This document shows positions 13,380 through 26,930 of a stretch of 64,000 nucleotides of DNA, piece after piece. The translations under genes and the position numbers were made by a program. The stretch comes from Octopus vulgaris (lineage: Eukaryota): positions 182,280,001 through 182,344,000 of the forward strand of contig OX597815.1 in the NCBI GenBank assembly GCA_951406725.2, written 5' to 3'. Below the pieces are notes generated by a model that saw only the letters and a list, made by a program, of their open reading frames with translations, was not told where the DNA came from and ran no database searches. Numbering within the stretch: position 1 is the first letter of the stretch; each line of letters starts with the position of its first letter.

Positions 13380-14003
13380 CTTTTCTACTCTAGGCACAAG
13401 GCCCGAAATTTTGAGGGACGGGACCCAGTCGATTAGATTGAGGCCAGTACGCAAATGGTACTTAATTTATCGACTCTGAAAGGATGAAAGGCAAAGTCAA
13501 CCTCGGCGGAATTTCAACCCAGAAAGAAACGGCAGACGAAATACCGCTAAGCATTTCACCCAGCGTGCTAACGTTTCTTATTTCTTTATTGCCCACAAAG
13601 GGTTACATACAGTGGGGACAAACAAGGACAGACAAAAGAATTAAATCGATTACATCGACCCTAGTGCGTAACTAGTACTTAATTTATCGACCTCAGAACT
13701 CAGAACGTAACGACTGACGGAATACCACTAAGAATTTCGCCCGGCGTGATAACGTTTCTGCCAGCTTGTCGCCTTTAATTTAATACATATTGTTTTCTAG
13801 TTTAGGCACAGGCCCGAAAATTGGAGGAGAGGGCCAGTCGATTAGATCGACCCAAGTACGCAACTGGTACTTAATTAATCGACCCCGAAAGGATGAAAAG
13901 CAAAGTCAACCTCGGCGGAAATTGAACTCAGAACGTAAAGACAGACGAAATACCGCTAAGCATTTCGCCTGGCGTGCGAACGTTTTTGCCAGATTGTCGC
14001 CTT
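13380..14003 (-). mobile_element. Cluster of three family B SINE copies or fragments
   Basis: Recurrent gaaaggatgaaaggcaaagtcaacctcggcggaa and gacgaaataccgctaagcatttc blocks. Confidence 0.88.
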
Positions 14004-14280
14004 ACAGTCGTAGATATGGTCTGCACGTAATGAACCAAATACTCACTGGTAGTTTGCTGAAACTAAGAAAGCAATGTAATTATAAATATCTATTAAAATC
14101 ATATTAAATTTGGTGGCACCTATGAGAGAATGTAAACAACACATAATGCTACCATGAAAATACCAAGGCTACAGAAAAGTACAAAAGTGTCGAAAAAGTG
14201 TCAGAAAAATGAAAAAATGGAAAATGAAAAAATATATCGGTTATCATTATATGATTCCCGTTCTGGGAATCATTGACATA

Positions 14281-14470
14281 TTTCAGTCATTAGACTACGG
14301 CTCAAATGGGGGACCGCCTTCAAGGCATTAGTCAAACAAATTGACTGCAGTTCTTAATTTCAAGCCTTGTAATTTTTCTGTCGGTCCCTTATACTGAACT
14401 GCTAGGTTACGGGGACGTAATCAAACCAACGACGATTGTTAAGTGGTGTTGGGAGACAAACACAAATAAA
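14281..14470 (-). mobile_element. SINE family C, 3' half, diverged
   Basis: gctaggttacggggacgtaa..ccaac matches 8350-8390. Confidence 0.65.
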
Positions 14471-14663
14471 AATACACACATCTATATATCTATATGCATA
14501 TATATATATATATATATTGTGTGTGTGGGGGGTGTTTGAAGTCACACGTAAAGAAATCCCCATTCAGGTTCCTAGTTAATTACCTGTAAGCATATATAAA
14601 TATATATACATATATACATACATGTTTGCATATATATATATATATACATACATATATACATGC

Positions 14664-14717
<54 letters not shown>

Positions 14718-15483
14718 ATAAATAGATATACACCTATATGCACGTATTAAACATATATGTATATATATATACACACATATATATATATATATATATGAAT
14801 ATATATATGTATATATATATGTACGTATGTATGTAAAGTATACACACACATACATATATGTATATGAGGGTGTCAGAGATAAATAAAATAGTAATGACTC
14901 ATTGCTTCAGGGTTATTGGAATTAGGATAGCATTCAATATGCAGTCTTTAACAAGCTTCATTCACATCATATCGCATAATTAGATTGTCCACAAATTTGC
15001 ATTAGCTTATGAAAACCGCATCCTTGCTGTCAAATATCTAAATTATATTATCCACAATATAGACCAGAATCTTGACGCAGCTCCATCGCAACATATGACT
15101 AGAAACATAAACTATATATCATGTACTTTAGTTTCGGGTCATTTGTTGATATAGTTTTATAATGAAAAGTTTGCAAGCAGCAAGTCTCAAGAACGAGATT
15201 GATTTAAGTTCATATAAAATGCACTGATACTGAAGTGTATTAAAAAACAAATAATCGTCTATCTATATGTGAGGCGAATATGACTTTGTTTTATAGGCCG
15301 GCTTGCAAGCGTAACTACCGTCGCACCGAAAGTAAATATAAATATACTCTGTGTTTTGGGTATAATTATGTATGCATGATGCATATATTGTGTAGAAATA
15401 GAGATTGGGAAATAATGATTCTAACTTATACTCCTGAATAACGAATGACTATATATATATATATATGTGTGTGTGTATGTACT

Positions 15484-15567
<84 letters not shown>

Positions 15568-16322
15568 CATATATATATATAATATATACAATATAGAAAT
15601 GGAACAAAAACGCAATAGAGGACATTAAAACGTTCGCACATATAGACAACACAAAGGCGGACAAGAGAAACAACAATAAGAAGGACAGGCAAGAAGGACA
15701 GTGCCAGAACATTTGGGGCAGTTACCCTTGAGATCGTTCGATCTGGTTGACCCCCAAAAAGACTAAGCTAAGAGCATTAGAGCCCTTTGTAAGAAAGCTA
15801 GCGCATGTGTACGGCAATTAGGACCAAAAAAAGACGGAGAACATGGTACATAGTTACGAATACATCAACAAGAAATACCAACAGGCGTCGTTCGACTGAG
15901 AACGATTCAAATTAAGCTGGCGTGTATAAAGTGAAAGCCTAAAGGCAGGAACGTAGGAGATGGACATAAGAGGTGTTGGCATGCGGCAGTCAGGCCAAGA
16001 ATGAAAGACGCCAGTCACGTGGAAGGAGAGATGGGTAGGGGGCAGCGGGGTTGAAGGATTAGAAAAGAGTCAGAAACAAAGAGAAAGGCTCAGGGGAGAT
16101 AAACGAGTGGGAAATAGTAGGATATATATGACAACCTCATTTATTGATTTTGCCTCCTTGGTTTTAATTGCTATAACCACTTATATTATAATGTATTTAA
16201 TATATTTTGATATATGAATGTATTATCATAATATCTTATTGTATGGTATATATATATTTATAATTGTATGGTGTATATATATATATACACATGCAGACAC
16301 ATATGCATACATAAGCATTTTA

Positions 16323-16365
<43 letters not shown>

Positions 16366-16592
16366 ATATAAATTTGCATAAAAATAATAATAGTAGTAGT
16401 AAAATCACTCCAATATAAATATAGCGACTTTTCAGGTTAAAGATAACAACAATAATAAAATAATTCATTAGATAAATTAATAAATATACATAAATAATCT
16501 TGTAAAATACGAAATATCTTAACAAATATATTCTTGGTTAAAAAAGATGTTTTTTTTTCTAATTTATACACACACACACACACACACACACA

Positions 16593-16664
<72 letters not shown>

Positions 16665-16683
16665 TAGATAGATAGATAGATAG

Positions 16684-16763
<80 letters not shown>

Positions 16764-16771
16764 GAATAGAC

Positions 16772-16847
<76 letters not shown>

Positions 16848-16969
16848 CCAGAGAGTGTGTGTGTGATTGAAATAAATAAATTCTAAGCTATCAACAAACA
16901 GTCACGATTGGAAATAGAAGTTAAATATAAAAGGTTTTTACTGTTCTATATTTGAGAGATGAGGAATTA

Positions 16970-17324
16970 TTTACATTATTTACAATTGACAGATATTTAT
17001 CCTCATCTTGTTCGTTGTTAACACACGCCATATACCCGTGGACATATGACGTAGTGGTTAAGAGCGCGTGCTATTAACCCCAAGATTCCGAGTTCGATTC
17101 CCGACTGATCTGAATAATAATAATAACAATAATAATAATAATAATGATGATGATGATGATGATAATAATAATAATGATATTAACAACAACATCGAAAAAT
17201 ACCTTAGGAATGAGAACCCAGGCTCGAAATTTCCCCAAGATACCTGGAAGGTATATCAGCCGAAACGTTGTGTTAATAACAAACAAGATGAGGGCAAATA
17301 TCCGTCAAATGTAAATAATGTATA
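16970..17324 (+). mobile_element. tRNA-headed element with ~57-bp inverted termini and a partial hammerhead motif
   Basis: 16970-17027 is the reverse complement of 17266-17324; A box tgacgtagtgg and B box gagttcgattc at 17047-17100; internal (AAT/GAT)n; cagccGAAACgttg at 17257-17270. Confidence 0.7.
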
Positions 17325-20300
17325 AAGGGTTGATGATTTGTTGACGATTTTCCTATTTTATCAAAATATTTGCTTGACAAATGATATTTACACCAATCCG
17401 TGTTTGGCGTTTATATTTAAGTAGTTGCAAAAAAAATAAATCTGTTAAATCTTTTGATGTAATTCGAAATATGCTGATAAATGTTAGCAAAGTCTTGCAC
17501 ATGTTCCTTGGTAAAAATAAGAATTACTCTTCTTGAAATCGAAAACATGTTGTATCGAGGTACAAGTTAATATATAATTCAGAAAATGCTTCAGATACGA
17601 AACATTCACCCAGAGTAATTCTTTGGAATCGCCTAAAGCCACAAATTGTCAAAGGATATTTTAGGAGGTTTCTTCGGCTGAAGTGTTTTAATTAGTGAAC
17701 ATACAGAAAATAATTAAGCCCACCAAACAGCATTTAATTTGCGGTGAAAACTTTCATTCATCCGGCAAAGATTCATTCAATATACAAAGCAATTTAAATT
17801 GTTTTTTTTTACATCAGCTTACTCACGAAACTACCTATCAGTTCGCTATTAAGCACAAATATAGTCGAGACACTAGTTTTATTTACTCTACAAGCGATGT
17901 GTTTAGAAATAATTCCTTGTTGATGTCTATCACTTCAATTCGTGATGGAAATTTTAATAATTCCTTGTAGAACAGCTAAATGTCAATTTGCGAGCTGACA
18001 ACCGATTCATAACCTCGTTCATAATTATCTTAATTGGTGCAGTTAACACCTCAAATATTACAAGAACATTGAAGTGCTAGTTAAACAGATTTGCGTCTGT
18101 ACTGATTACCACACTTTTAACTGAATATGTCCGAACTGAATATCTTGTCTCATGTTTCCGTCTGCTTTCAAATGTCTTCATAAAGTAGATAACACGCTCG
18201 TGTTGTTCATTTGCGTCTTTTCAACACCATAATCGACTCGACTCCCCACGACATGCAAACAGAAAAGCAACCGAGATCAAATGAATAATTTATGCTTCAG
18301 GAATGTATAAATGGAAAAGACGATGTTTAAATACCAAAACTAAAATTTTTAAATGTAACATCATGGTAGATGGGGCAGCCAAGCTATCGATATCAATCTT
18401 CTCATAACTGTAAGAGGAAATATATAACACCCACCATTTTATTCTTTTATTATACTTCTCTCCCACCTCTCTTCTCTTCTCTTTCTCCCTGTTATGTTTA
18501 TTTCTACTTATCGATGAAGGTTGCACATTTCCTGTTACCAAGTATAATGAACATTTTAAACAAAATATGCCTCCACGTCTGTATTCGTTGACGGCTGAAT
18601 ATAAAATCTCCATATTGCTCGTTCTTAGTTCGTATTTTGTAAGGGACGTTTGAATCGATCTTTAACCTGATCAAAGAGAAACTTTCTTCGTATCATTTCA
18701 CTGACACATGTATCTTTAAGAATAAACACAAAAATAAATTCTGACGAATGCACAAAAATAATATCAAAAATGTTGCTATAGAAAACGACGTTAACCTATA
18801 TTTACGATTGATATTCAGCTTAGAGTGCAATGACATGCAATTTGCAATCTAATCTTAATCCTGAATTGAGTCACATTTTCTTGTATTTCAGCCTTATTTG
18901 GATAATCGCTGCATATTAACTTTTTACTTCTTCAATTTAGTAAATATTATTTGTGAATATGGATGGAGAGAGATTAAGAAATTCTAAATATACTCCTGTC
19001 AACGCAGACATTTTAATGTCATATCATTTTGATACTATTTTTGGAAATAATGGAAATTCATATAATATTACCCAAGCGTATTAAGGGACTGACTTGAAAT
19101 TTCGGATCAGAATGTCCTTTTCATACACAGAGCAAACGTAGGTGTGTATATATTGAGATTAACATTTTAATCTTCGTTTTCAATAATTACATATTGTCAG
19201 AAGTTTTGGTAAAAAATAAATTCAGTGAATCCACGTTCGTTGAAGGAAGTACTCGTTGTAGTGCAAAGTGTATGAATCACGTTGTCAAAAATTCATATTT
19301 GAAAGCTGGAAAAGAAGGCTGTCTGAGTTAAGCTTGCGTGTGGCCTGTTAGATCAGCAGAGATTCCTGAAGCGGTAGAAAAGTATGGAGGGGAGATTATG
19401 TGTCTGTAATGAAGAAGAGAAAGGGAGTCCGTGAGTGAATAAATACCAATTAGTTTGGTGGTATTTGTGAGGAGGATTCGTTTTGGAGTATTAGTGTGTA
19501 AGAACAGCATTTCCACAACTGTCAGAGGAGTACTCCTTTGTGTGTCCCATTTTAACTTTGTAGAGCTTTACAAAATGAGACAGAGCTGAATATTTTCTAT
19601 CTGAAGAGGAACATTAGTCTGTGTGGTGAAGGATATGACCGTCATAATAGAACATAGCGAATGCAATGGTGCTAAGAGTTCAATTGGTATACTAATCACA
19701 GTTAGGTGTTACACTATCGCTTTTTTTCTCATATGTGTATTGTAATATTGGAGGAAGGTTATTGGTTTAACCCTATTGGAAAACTTTTTTGATGTCTTTG
19801 TTCATAGAGTTAGTACAAATTAGACATGAAGAGTGTCTAAGCTGCATGTGGATGAGGCCCCCCCCTTTTAGTGTAAATGATGAATAAGTGTCGGCAAAGG
19901 TGATTTGTTTTGTTTTGCCTTTAGCTCGTCGGTGTATTAAATGTTGTGTATAAATGAAAAGCTGAATCTTGAGGCACACTAGCGCTGATCGTGTGTGATT
20001 CAGAAGGAGTTCGATCAGCACACACCGCAATGGTGCGATTTATTAGGAAGCTCCTAATGTTACAGACGAGAGAGGGATAAAGTCTGTTGTTGGTAGTTTT
20101 GCTAGTTCATGCGCGGGACAAAATCTTTACTGTTTCAGTCGTCACAGCACTAGTTTTATTGGTCTTCGTTGTAGTGATGCAGAAGGATCGGCCTCTATGA
20201 CATAGATGATATAGATGACATAGATGATTTAGATGGGTAATGACATAGATGGGATGCTTCTTGAGGTGGTGTTATGAAGGTTGCTTTACTAAAGTCGTTA

Positions 20301-20447
20301 ATGAGGAAGAAAGAGTCACGTTCATGAGATTTGTTGATAATTGCTGTTTCCTTCACGTTTGAGATGTTAGGAGTGCATTGAGAGGTATCAGAGTACGTGT
20401 TCGCCCTCCTAAGGTAGGCAGCATAAAGTGGCATGCTTACATAGAAT

Positions 20448-20519
<72 letters not shown>

Positions 20520-20543
20520 GATGTATTTATGCACTCTTGATAT

Positions 20544-20602
20544 ATTCAACCGATGACGGTAAAGCTTATTTAAAGCAAAACCAGAAATCCTGGATCTTGA
20601 AT
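20544..20602 (+). ncRNA. Type I hammerhead ribozyme candidate (U4C core variant)
   Basis: attcaa-CCGATGA-cggt...acca-GAAA-tcc-t-gga-TC-ttgaat: 6-bp stem I, AUC cleavage triplet; lies in a ~230-bp insert between (TA)n tracts. Confidence 0.65.
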
Positions 20603-21575
20603 TATTCAATAATTTTTGCTTGTATATTTTGTCCCTCTGTCTTATCTCATGGTGCGATACGAACAATTAACGTGGTTTTTATAGTCAGAGTTTCGACTGC
20701 TATTTCGGCATGTTGGTGTCTCTTAGACACCCTCATTTTTAATTATATATATATATATAACTTATAAAGTTGTTTATAATTTTAACCTATAAAGGTATTT
20801 TTTAATATGCTGGCCATTGATAAAAATTTTTTCGAAAAAGTTTTATCCTACATTAAATATATATATATATATACGTTTAAATATTTGTTGTGCAAGATTT
20901 TTTATGTGAAGTCGTGTGTTGAAACAGATATTGTTATATTTCGGAATGGTCATATTGCCAGTTTAGCCAATAAAAACACACGCACTATATATTTGGTGTT
21001 ATTTTGCTTCAGTGATATTTATTTTTTACATTAATCTTAATCTTATTTCGGCCAAAGTTCTTTCGTCACACTCCTGTGACCGCATCAGTGGTCCTTTGTT
21101 TTCTTCTCACTTACTTGTGTCTCTCCTTACTAACCGTCAGCCATTTTGTATTTCTATTGTATGTCTTCATTTGCGCATGCTTATATCTCTGTGTGCGTCT
21201 ATGTTTATTTAGTGTGTGTGGGGGGGGATGCCTGTAATATTTGTATCTTCTGGTCGTATACATTCTTGTAATTTGTATTTTGTTTTTGTTGTTGTTGCTT
21301 TTGTTCTAATTTTGTTCATGTGTTTACATCCACCCATTATTATCATTACATATGCTTGTATGTATGTATAACAACAATATTAGTAATAATAATAATAAAT
21401 CTAATCGAAAAAAAAAAAAAAAAAAAGAATATACATATACATATATATATATACATACATATACATATACATATACATATATATACATATATACACACAT
21501 ATATACACATATAGATATTCATTTCTATTTCTTTAATTACCTGTGTATTTATTATGTTTGCAGGATCCACTATTG

Positions 21576-22361
21576 TCATATGTTGTGGTATGCGCTATTG
21601 CTCCATTCTAGTTTTCTATTCAGGCTAGGTTTATTTTCTATTATATGTGTAGCTTCTGTAATTTGTCTAATTGTTGCATCTGTTCTATGTGTGGACAATA
21701 TCTTAATCTCTATGTTATTGATTGATCCCCCGTGTTCTTGTTCGGCGTGTTGGTACAGAATCGATGAGCTTTTACCTTCCTTGAGTTGTCTCCAATGGTC
21801 ATTCACCCGCTCACCAATGCTTCTTGCAGTTTCCCCTACGTATGTTACTGTCTTGTTACTGCATCGTCCCTCTATACATCTTATACTATAGACCACATTT
21901 CTGGCTTTACAGTTCGTTTGTGGGCTAAATCTACATACAGTGCAATAGTTATCCGTACAGAGAGTTCTACTAAAAGGATAGCTTCTACCAATTATAGATC
22001 TGATAGGGTTGCCTGGCTTTTCAACAACCTTAATTCTTAGTTTAAGTTTATCTAGGGTCCTTCTAAAGCGGTACGCTAGTTCACCTCCAGGGGTGGTGTC
22101 AACGAACATGACACTCTGGTATTTATGGCTATCATACCAAGAGTTGGCCTTCCCTATTTTCTTTTTTGTCCTTTCTATAGTGTTCCATGACTTGTTCCTA
22201 TAGAGTGGGCAAATCCCATTCCTATCATTACATAATATATTATCAAATTTCTTCATGGCTCCTTTGTATACTCTGATCCTTTCTTTATGGCTGTAACCTG
22301 AGAACTGCATGCGGTGAATGAAATACTGTATGTGTCTCTTTAATTCTGTAGGCTCGCACAT
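21576..22361 (-). CDS. Penelope ORF C-terminal fragment: RT thumb, Cys linker, GIY-YIG endonuclease
   Basis: SGYS..R..PLYR..W; CTDNYCTVC..C; NVVYSIRC..YVGETARSIGERVNDH..H..H..RQITEA..I..KPSLN. 5'-truncated but open. Confidence 0.88.
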   Translation of the reverse strand: MCEPTELKRHIQYFIHRMQFSGYSHKERIRVYKGAMKKFDNILCNDRNGICPLYRNKSWNTIERTKKKIGKANSWYDSHKYQSVMFVDTTPGGELAYRFRRTLDKLKLRIKVVEKPGNPIRSIIGRSYPFSRTLCTDNYCTVCRFSPQTNCKARNVVYSIRCIEGRCSNKTVTYVGETARSIGERVNDHWRQLKEGKSSSILYQHAEQEHGGSINNIEIKILSTHRTDATIRQITEATHIIENKPSLNRKLEWSNSAYHNI

Positions 22362-22363
22362 GC

Positions 22364-22698
22364 GTAAAGCCAGAAATGTGGTCTATAGTATAAGATGTAT
22401 AGAGGGACGATGCAGTAACAAGACAGTAACATACGTAGGGGAAACTGCAAGAAGCATTGGTGAGCGGGTGAATGACCATTGGAGACAACTCAAGGAAGGT
22501 AAAAGCTCATCGATTCTGTACCAACACGCCGAACAAGAACACGGGGGATCAATCAATAACATAGAGATTAAGATATTGTCCACACATAGAACAGATGCAA
22601 CAATTAGACAAATTACAGAAGCTACACATATAATAGAAAATAAACCTAGCCTGAATAGAAAACTAGAATGGAGCAATAGCGCACACCACAACATATGA
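22364..22698 (+). CDS. Inverted duplicate of the GIY-YIG endonuclease domain
   Basis: Identical to the C-terminus of 21576-22361 except one Y/H change; part of ORF 22318-22698. Confidence 0.8.
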
Positions 22699-23338
22699 CA
22701 ATAGTGGATCCTGCAAACATAATAAATACACAGGTAATTAAAGAAATAGAAATGAATATCTATATGTGTATATATGTGTGTATATATGTATATATATGTA
22801 TATGTATATGTATATGTATGTATATATATATATGTATATGTATATTCTTTTTTTTTTTTTTTTTTTCGATTAGATTTATTATTATTATTACTAATATTGT
22901 TGTTATACATACATACAAGCATATGTAATGATAATAATGGGTGGATGTAAACACATGAACAAAATTAGAACAAAAGCAACAACAACAAAAACAAAATACA
23001 AATTACAAGAATGTATATGACCAGAAGATACAAATATTACAGGCATCCCCCCACACACACACTAAATAAACATAGACGCACATAGAGATATAAGCATGCG
23101 CAAATGAAGACATACAATAGAAATACAAAATGGCTGACGGTTAGTAAGGAGAGACACAAGTAAGTGAGAAGAAAACAAAGGACCACTGATGCGGTCACAG
23201 GAGTGTGACGAAAGAACTTTGGCCGAAATAAGATTAAGATTAATGTAAAAAATAAATATCACTGAAGCAAAATAACACCAAATATATAGTGCGTGTGTTT
23301 TTATTGGCTAAACTGGCAATATGACCATTCCGAAATAT

Positions 23339-23375
<37 letters not shown>

Positions 23376-24037
23376 CAGAGAGAGAGAGAGAGAGGGAGAG
23401 AATTAAAAAGGAGGAACTATAGAAGGTTTGGTGAGGATAAAACCTAACATTGGGTGGATTCTTTGGTAGTGATGGATGGGGACGTGGCATGGTCGGCGTC
23501 TAATTGGTTTGAAACGAAAGAAGATGCGTTGGTGGCTGGTGTGTTTGTGAACATGATGGCGAGTTTGATCGACAGGGTATATACCGTTGCGGCTGAGTGC
23601 ATTAAACAGTTCATACACATTCATAAATAACGATCCGCAAAATATCAACGTTACATTCGCAACAATAATTTTTGGTCCGTTATGTTTTATGCAATAAACC
23701 TTTGTGCAATTTTACAGAGAAACAAAGAAGAGAGAAAGGCCACCGTATTTTTTTTATTTTTCAACCAATATGTCTCTCTGTTTCTCACTCTCTCTCTCTC
23801 TCTCCTCTCTCTCAGGCACACACTTGTATATTTTGACGAGCGTAATTACTTTATTGATTAATTAGATTTTGAAAGTGATGTTTACAATATTATCGGTGGA
23901 TGTATTGGGTACTATGCTCCTAAGTATATTACGCCCCACAGGAGGAGATAGCCAAGGCTGAAATAGATTGGAACGATCAGAGTCGTCCTAGTGCAATTAC
24001 AACAGCATAAATTATAGCACGCGCGCGCACACACACA

Positions 24038-24240
24038 TATTGTTGTACTTCGGGACGGTCATTTTATTTATTACTATTAGTCTTTATTTTTTTCCAAATA
24101 AACACACGTAGTATATATATTTTTCTTCACTCGTTTATTACTGTTATTTTATTATTTTAGTGCCTGTTCAGTGTTCGGAAATGTTTCGTCAAACATCTGT
24201 GAACTTTTCAGCGATACTTTTCGTTTCTGCGTGTGTTCTT
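24038..24240 (-). mobile_element. Older diverged 3'-terminal fragment related to the Penelope element at 20928
   Basis: tattgttgtacttcgggacggtcat resembles atattgttatatttcggaatggtcat; tttcgtcaaacatctgtgaac resembles tttcgtcacactcctgtgacc. Confidence 0.6.
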
Positions 24241-24257
24241 GCTCCACTAACTCCGTT

Positions 24258-24712
<455 letters not shown>

Positions 24713-25089
24713 AAAAAAGAGGCGGTCGCCAGAATTTGGGAAAAATAATTTTTTAGGTAGTCATTATTATTAGCGCTTTCGTTCGTCTTCGAACTTGTCA
24801 AATAAAATTGTGAATGTGCTAACAGTTTATTCATTTATATAAATCAGGTGTTCTTTTTTGTTTTCTTTAGAAGAGTACATGGTTTTTGTTTTTTGATTTT
24901 TAGGGTGAAGTTCCAGGACAGTGGAGATAGATAGACAGATAGATCGTAGAGAGAGGAAGGGAAGGGATTAGGACAAATAAGGAAAAAATTATTATGAACA
25001 CACGATAAACAACATCTTTCATGCCATAAAATCGAACTTACCTATATTCCTACAAAGCCCTAAAATGAAAAATCTGATTGTGAAAGCCC

Positions 25090-25926
25090 CTTACGGAATA
25101 GTAAATGCCAACCAAAAAATCTTAAAAACCACCACACAAGAGCAGAATTCACATCAGAGAATGAATCAGAAAACCACTATTTTCAAAAACAAATGTTGCA
25201 AAGCGTTTAGAGTGAAGTAAAAACCTACATAGTTGGTCCGAAGATCAGTGGAAGAATGTTATTTTCTTGGACGAGTCATCCTTTACCTTATTTCCGAGTA
25301 TACGTGTGGAGTATACGCCGGCCGAGTATACGTGTGGAGAGAGCCAAAAGAAGCATTTGACCCAGACTGACTTCTTCCAACTGTTAAAGATATAGGAGGA
25401 TCTGTGATGATCTGGCGGGGTGGGTGGGCTATATCTTCGAAATCCGACGGCGCAATGGTTTCCGTTTATAGCAGAATTAATAGTCAAGACTATTTAAGCA
25501 TTTAATCTGATCAAATTCATCCTACGGTTGCGGAACTGTTTCCGGAGGGAAACGCAATCTTTCGGGCTGATAATGCTCCAATTCACACAGCTAAAGTTGT
25601 TACTGAATGGCACAAGGAACACTCTAGTGAAGTTGCATATCTTATCTGGCCACCACAGTCCCCAGATCTCAATATTATTAAACATTTATGGTGCATTCTA
25701 GAAAAACAAGTAAGGAGTCGATATCCTCCACCATCATCACTACAAGAACTGGAGACTGTTTTAGCTGAAGAATGGACTAAAATTCCTTCGGAAGCAATTC
25801 AAACTTTGTACGAGCCCATGCCTCGTAGAATTCAAGTTGTAATTACTGCCAAAGGCGGTCCAACTCCATGCTAATATAAATTTGTTTGAAATTTTAAGGT
25901 GTTTGTTTCATTTTGTCCAAACCCTG
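25090..25926 (+). mobile_element. Tc1-family (DD34E-type) transposon relic, 3' part
   Basis: WKNVIFLDESSF, GGSVMIW, DNAPIH, WPPQSPDLNIIKHLW (catalytic E replaced by K), MPRRIQVVITAKGGPT; ends tccaaaccctg followed by TA. Confidence 0.9.
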
Positions 25927-26699
25927 TATATTAATATTTGTTTTATGTCTTGTTTTATATAAAAACAATTTAACACGAAACTGAATTATTACTCAATATT
26001 TTGGGGGAAACACACAAATACATACTAATTTTTAAGAACAAAAAATAGATGACAATAGATTCAAAGCTTCGGCAACTTCACCCTCGGGTGATTTTGAAAG
26101 CCAAAACTTCGAAGTCACTGATAATCCTTTCATCGAAAAAGTTTATACGTAATGTGTGTGTGTGTGTCTGTGAGAGAGAGAGGGGGGAGAGAGAGATGTT
26201 TGAATACGCATAAACATACGCTAATATCTTCTCTGAACAAAGAAGGAAAACAATGGAAGTGATTCAAAATTTACTCATCGTATAATCCATTTAGAAATCT
26301 ATTTTGAGTCTAGCATACTTACAAGTAAAATAATTCAATTGGGAAATATGTAATACAAATCCCAGTCGTTCCCGCTTTCATTTTTATCGATTCTTTTTAG
26401 TTCAGACTGGAAATATAAACAGTTGGAAAATGTTAATGAAGAGTAGCTAATTTTAGTGAATTGTTTATTTAAAACTATTAAATTCATTAATTCCATGCGT
26501 TTCCCTTCGATCTTTTCAACTATATCTTCCAGTCTCACATTACCCTCGAGTATTTTTCTTTATCCGTTATTTCTCTTCAATATGTCATTTACTGCTGTTA
26601 ATCTTTCAATGTTTAAGAAAGGAAACAAGACTGAAAAGGAAATCTAGTATTTTGCGGAATCTGCAACCATATTTGTAATAATAATGTTGGTTTAAAAGT

Positions 26700-26930
26700 G
26701 GTGAGCTGGCAGAGACGTTAGCACGCTGTGAGAAATGCATATCGGCATTTCATCTGCGGTTACGTTCTGAGTTCAAATTCCGCCGAGGTCGACTTGGCCT
26801 TTCATCCTTTCGGGAACGATGAAAAAAGTAGCAGTGTCCTACTCAATGGAACAATGCGCTACTTGGAATCGAACTCATGACCTTACGATCGTGAGCTGAA
26901 TACCCTAACCACTAAGCCACGTGCCTTCAC
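26700..26930. mobile_element. Family B SINE fragment (+) abutting a tRNA-like SINE head (-)
   Basis: gagctggcagagacgttagcac..gaggtcgac; then the reverse complement of tggcttagtggttagggta..gagttcgattcc. Confidence 0.75.

Larger units (their letters stand above)
20928..23346 (-). mobile_element. 5'-truncated Penelope-like element with inverted duplication of its 3' ~983 bp
   Basis: Arms 20928-21910 and 22364-23346 are reverse complements with about four visible substitutions; 453-bp spacer; right end abuts (TA)n. Confidence 0.92.

Noticed and set aside
13380-14003. Regularly recurring repeats resembling a CRISPR array
   Set aside because: Units are SINE copies; eukaryotic context, no unique spacers and no cas genes.
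19320-20448. GC-richer block, possible retroelement ORF relic
   Set aside because: No diagnostic motif recognisable by eye; left unannotated.
22696-22760. UGA stop plus SECIS (selenocysteine recoding reported in some Naiad elements)
   Set aside because: No in-frame UGA at Cys positions, TAG follows two codons later, and no convincing SECIS fold.
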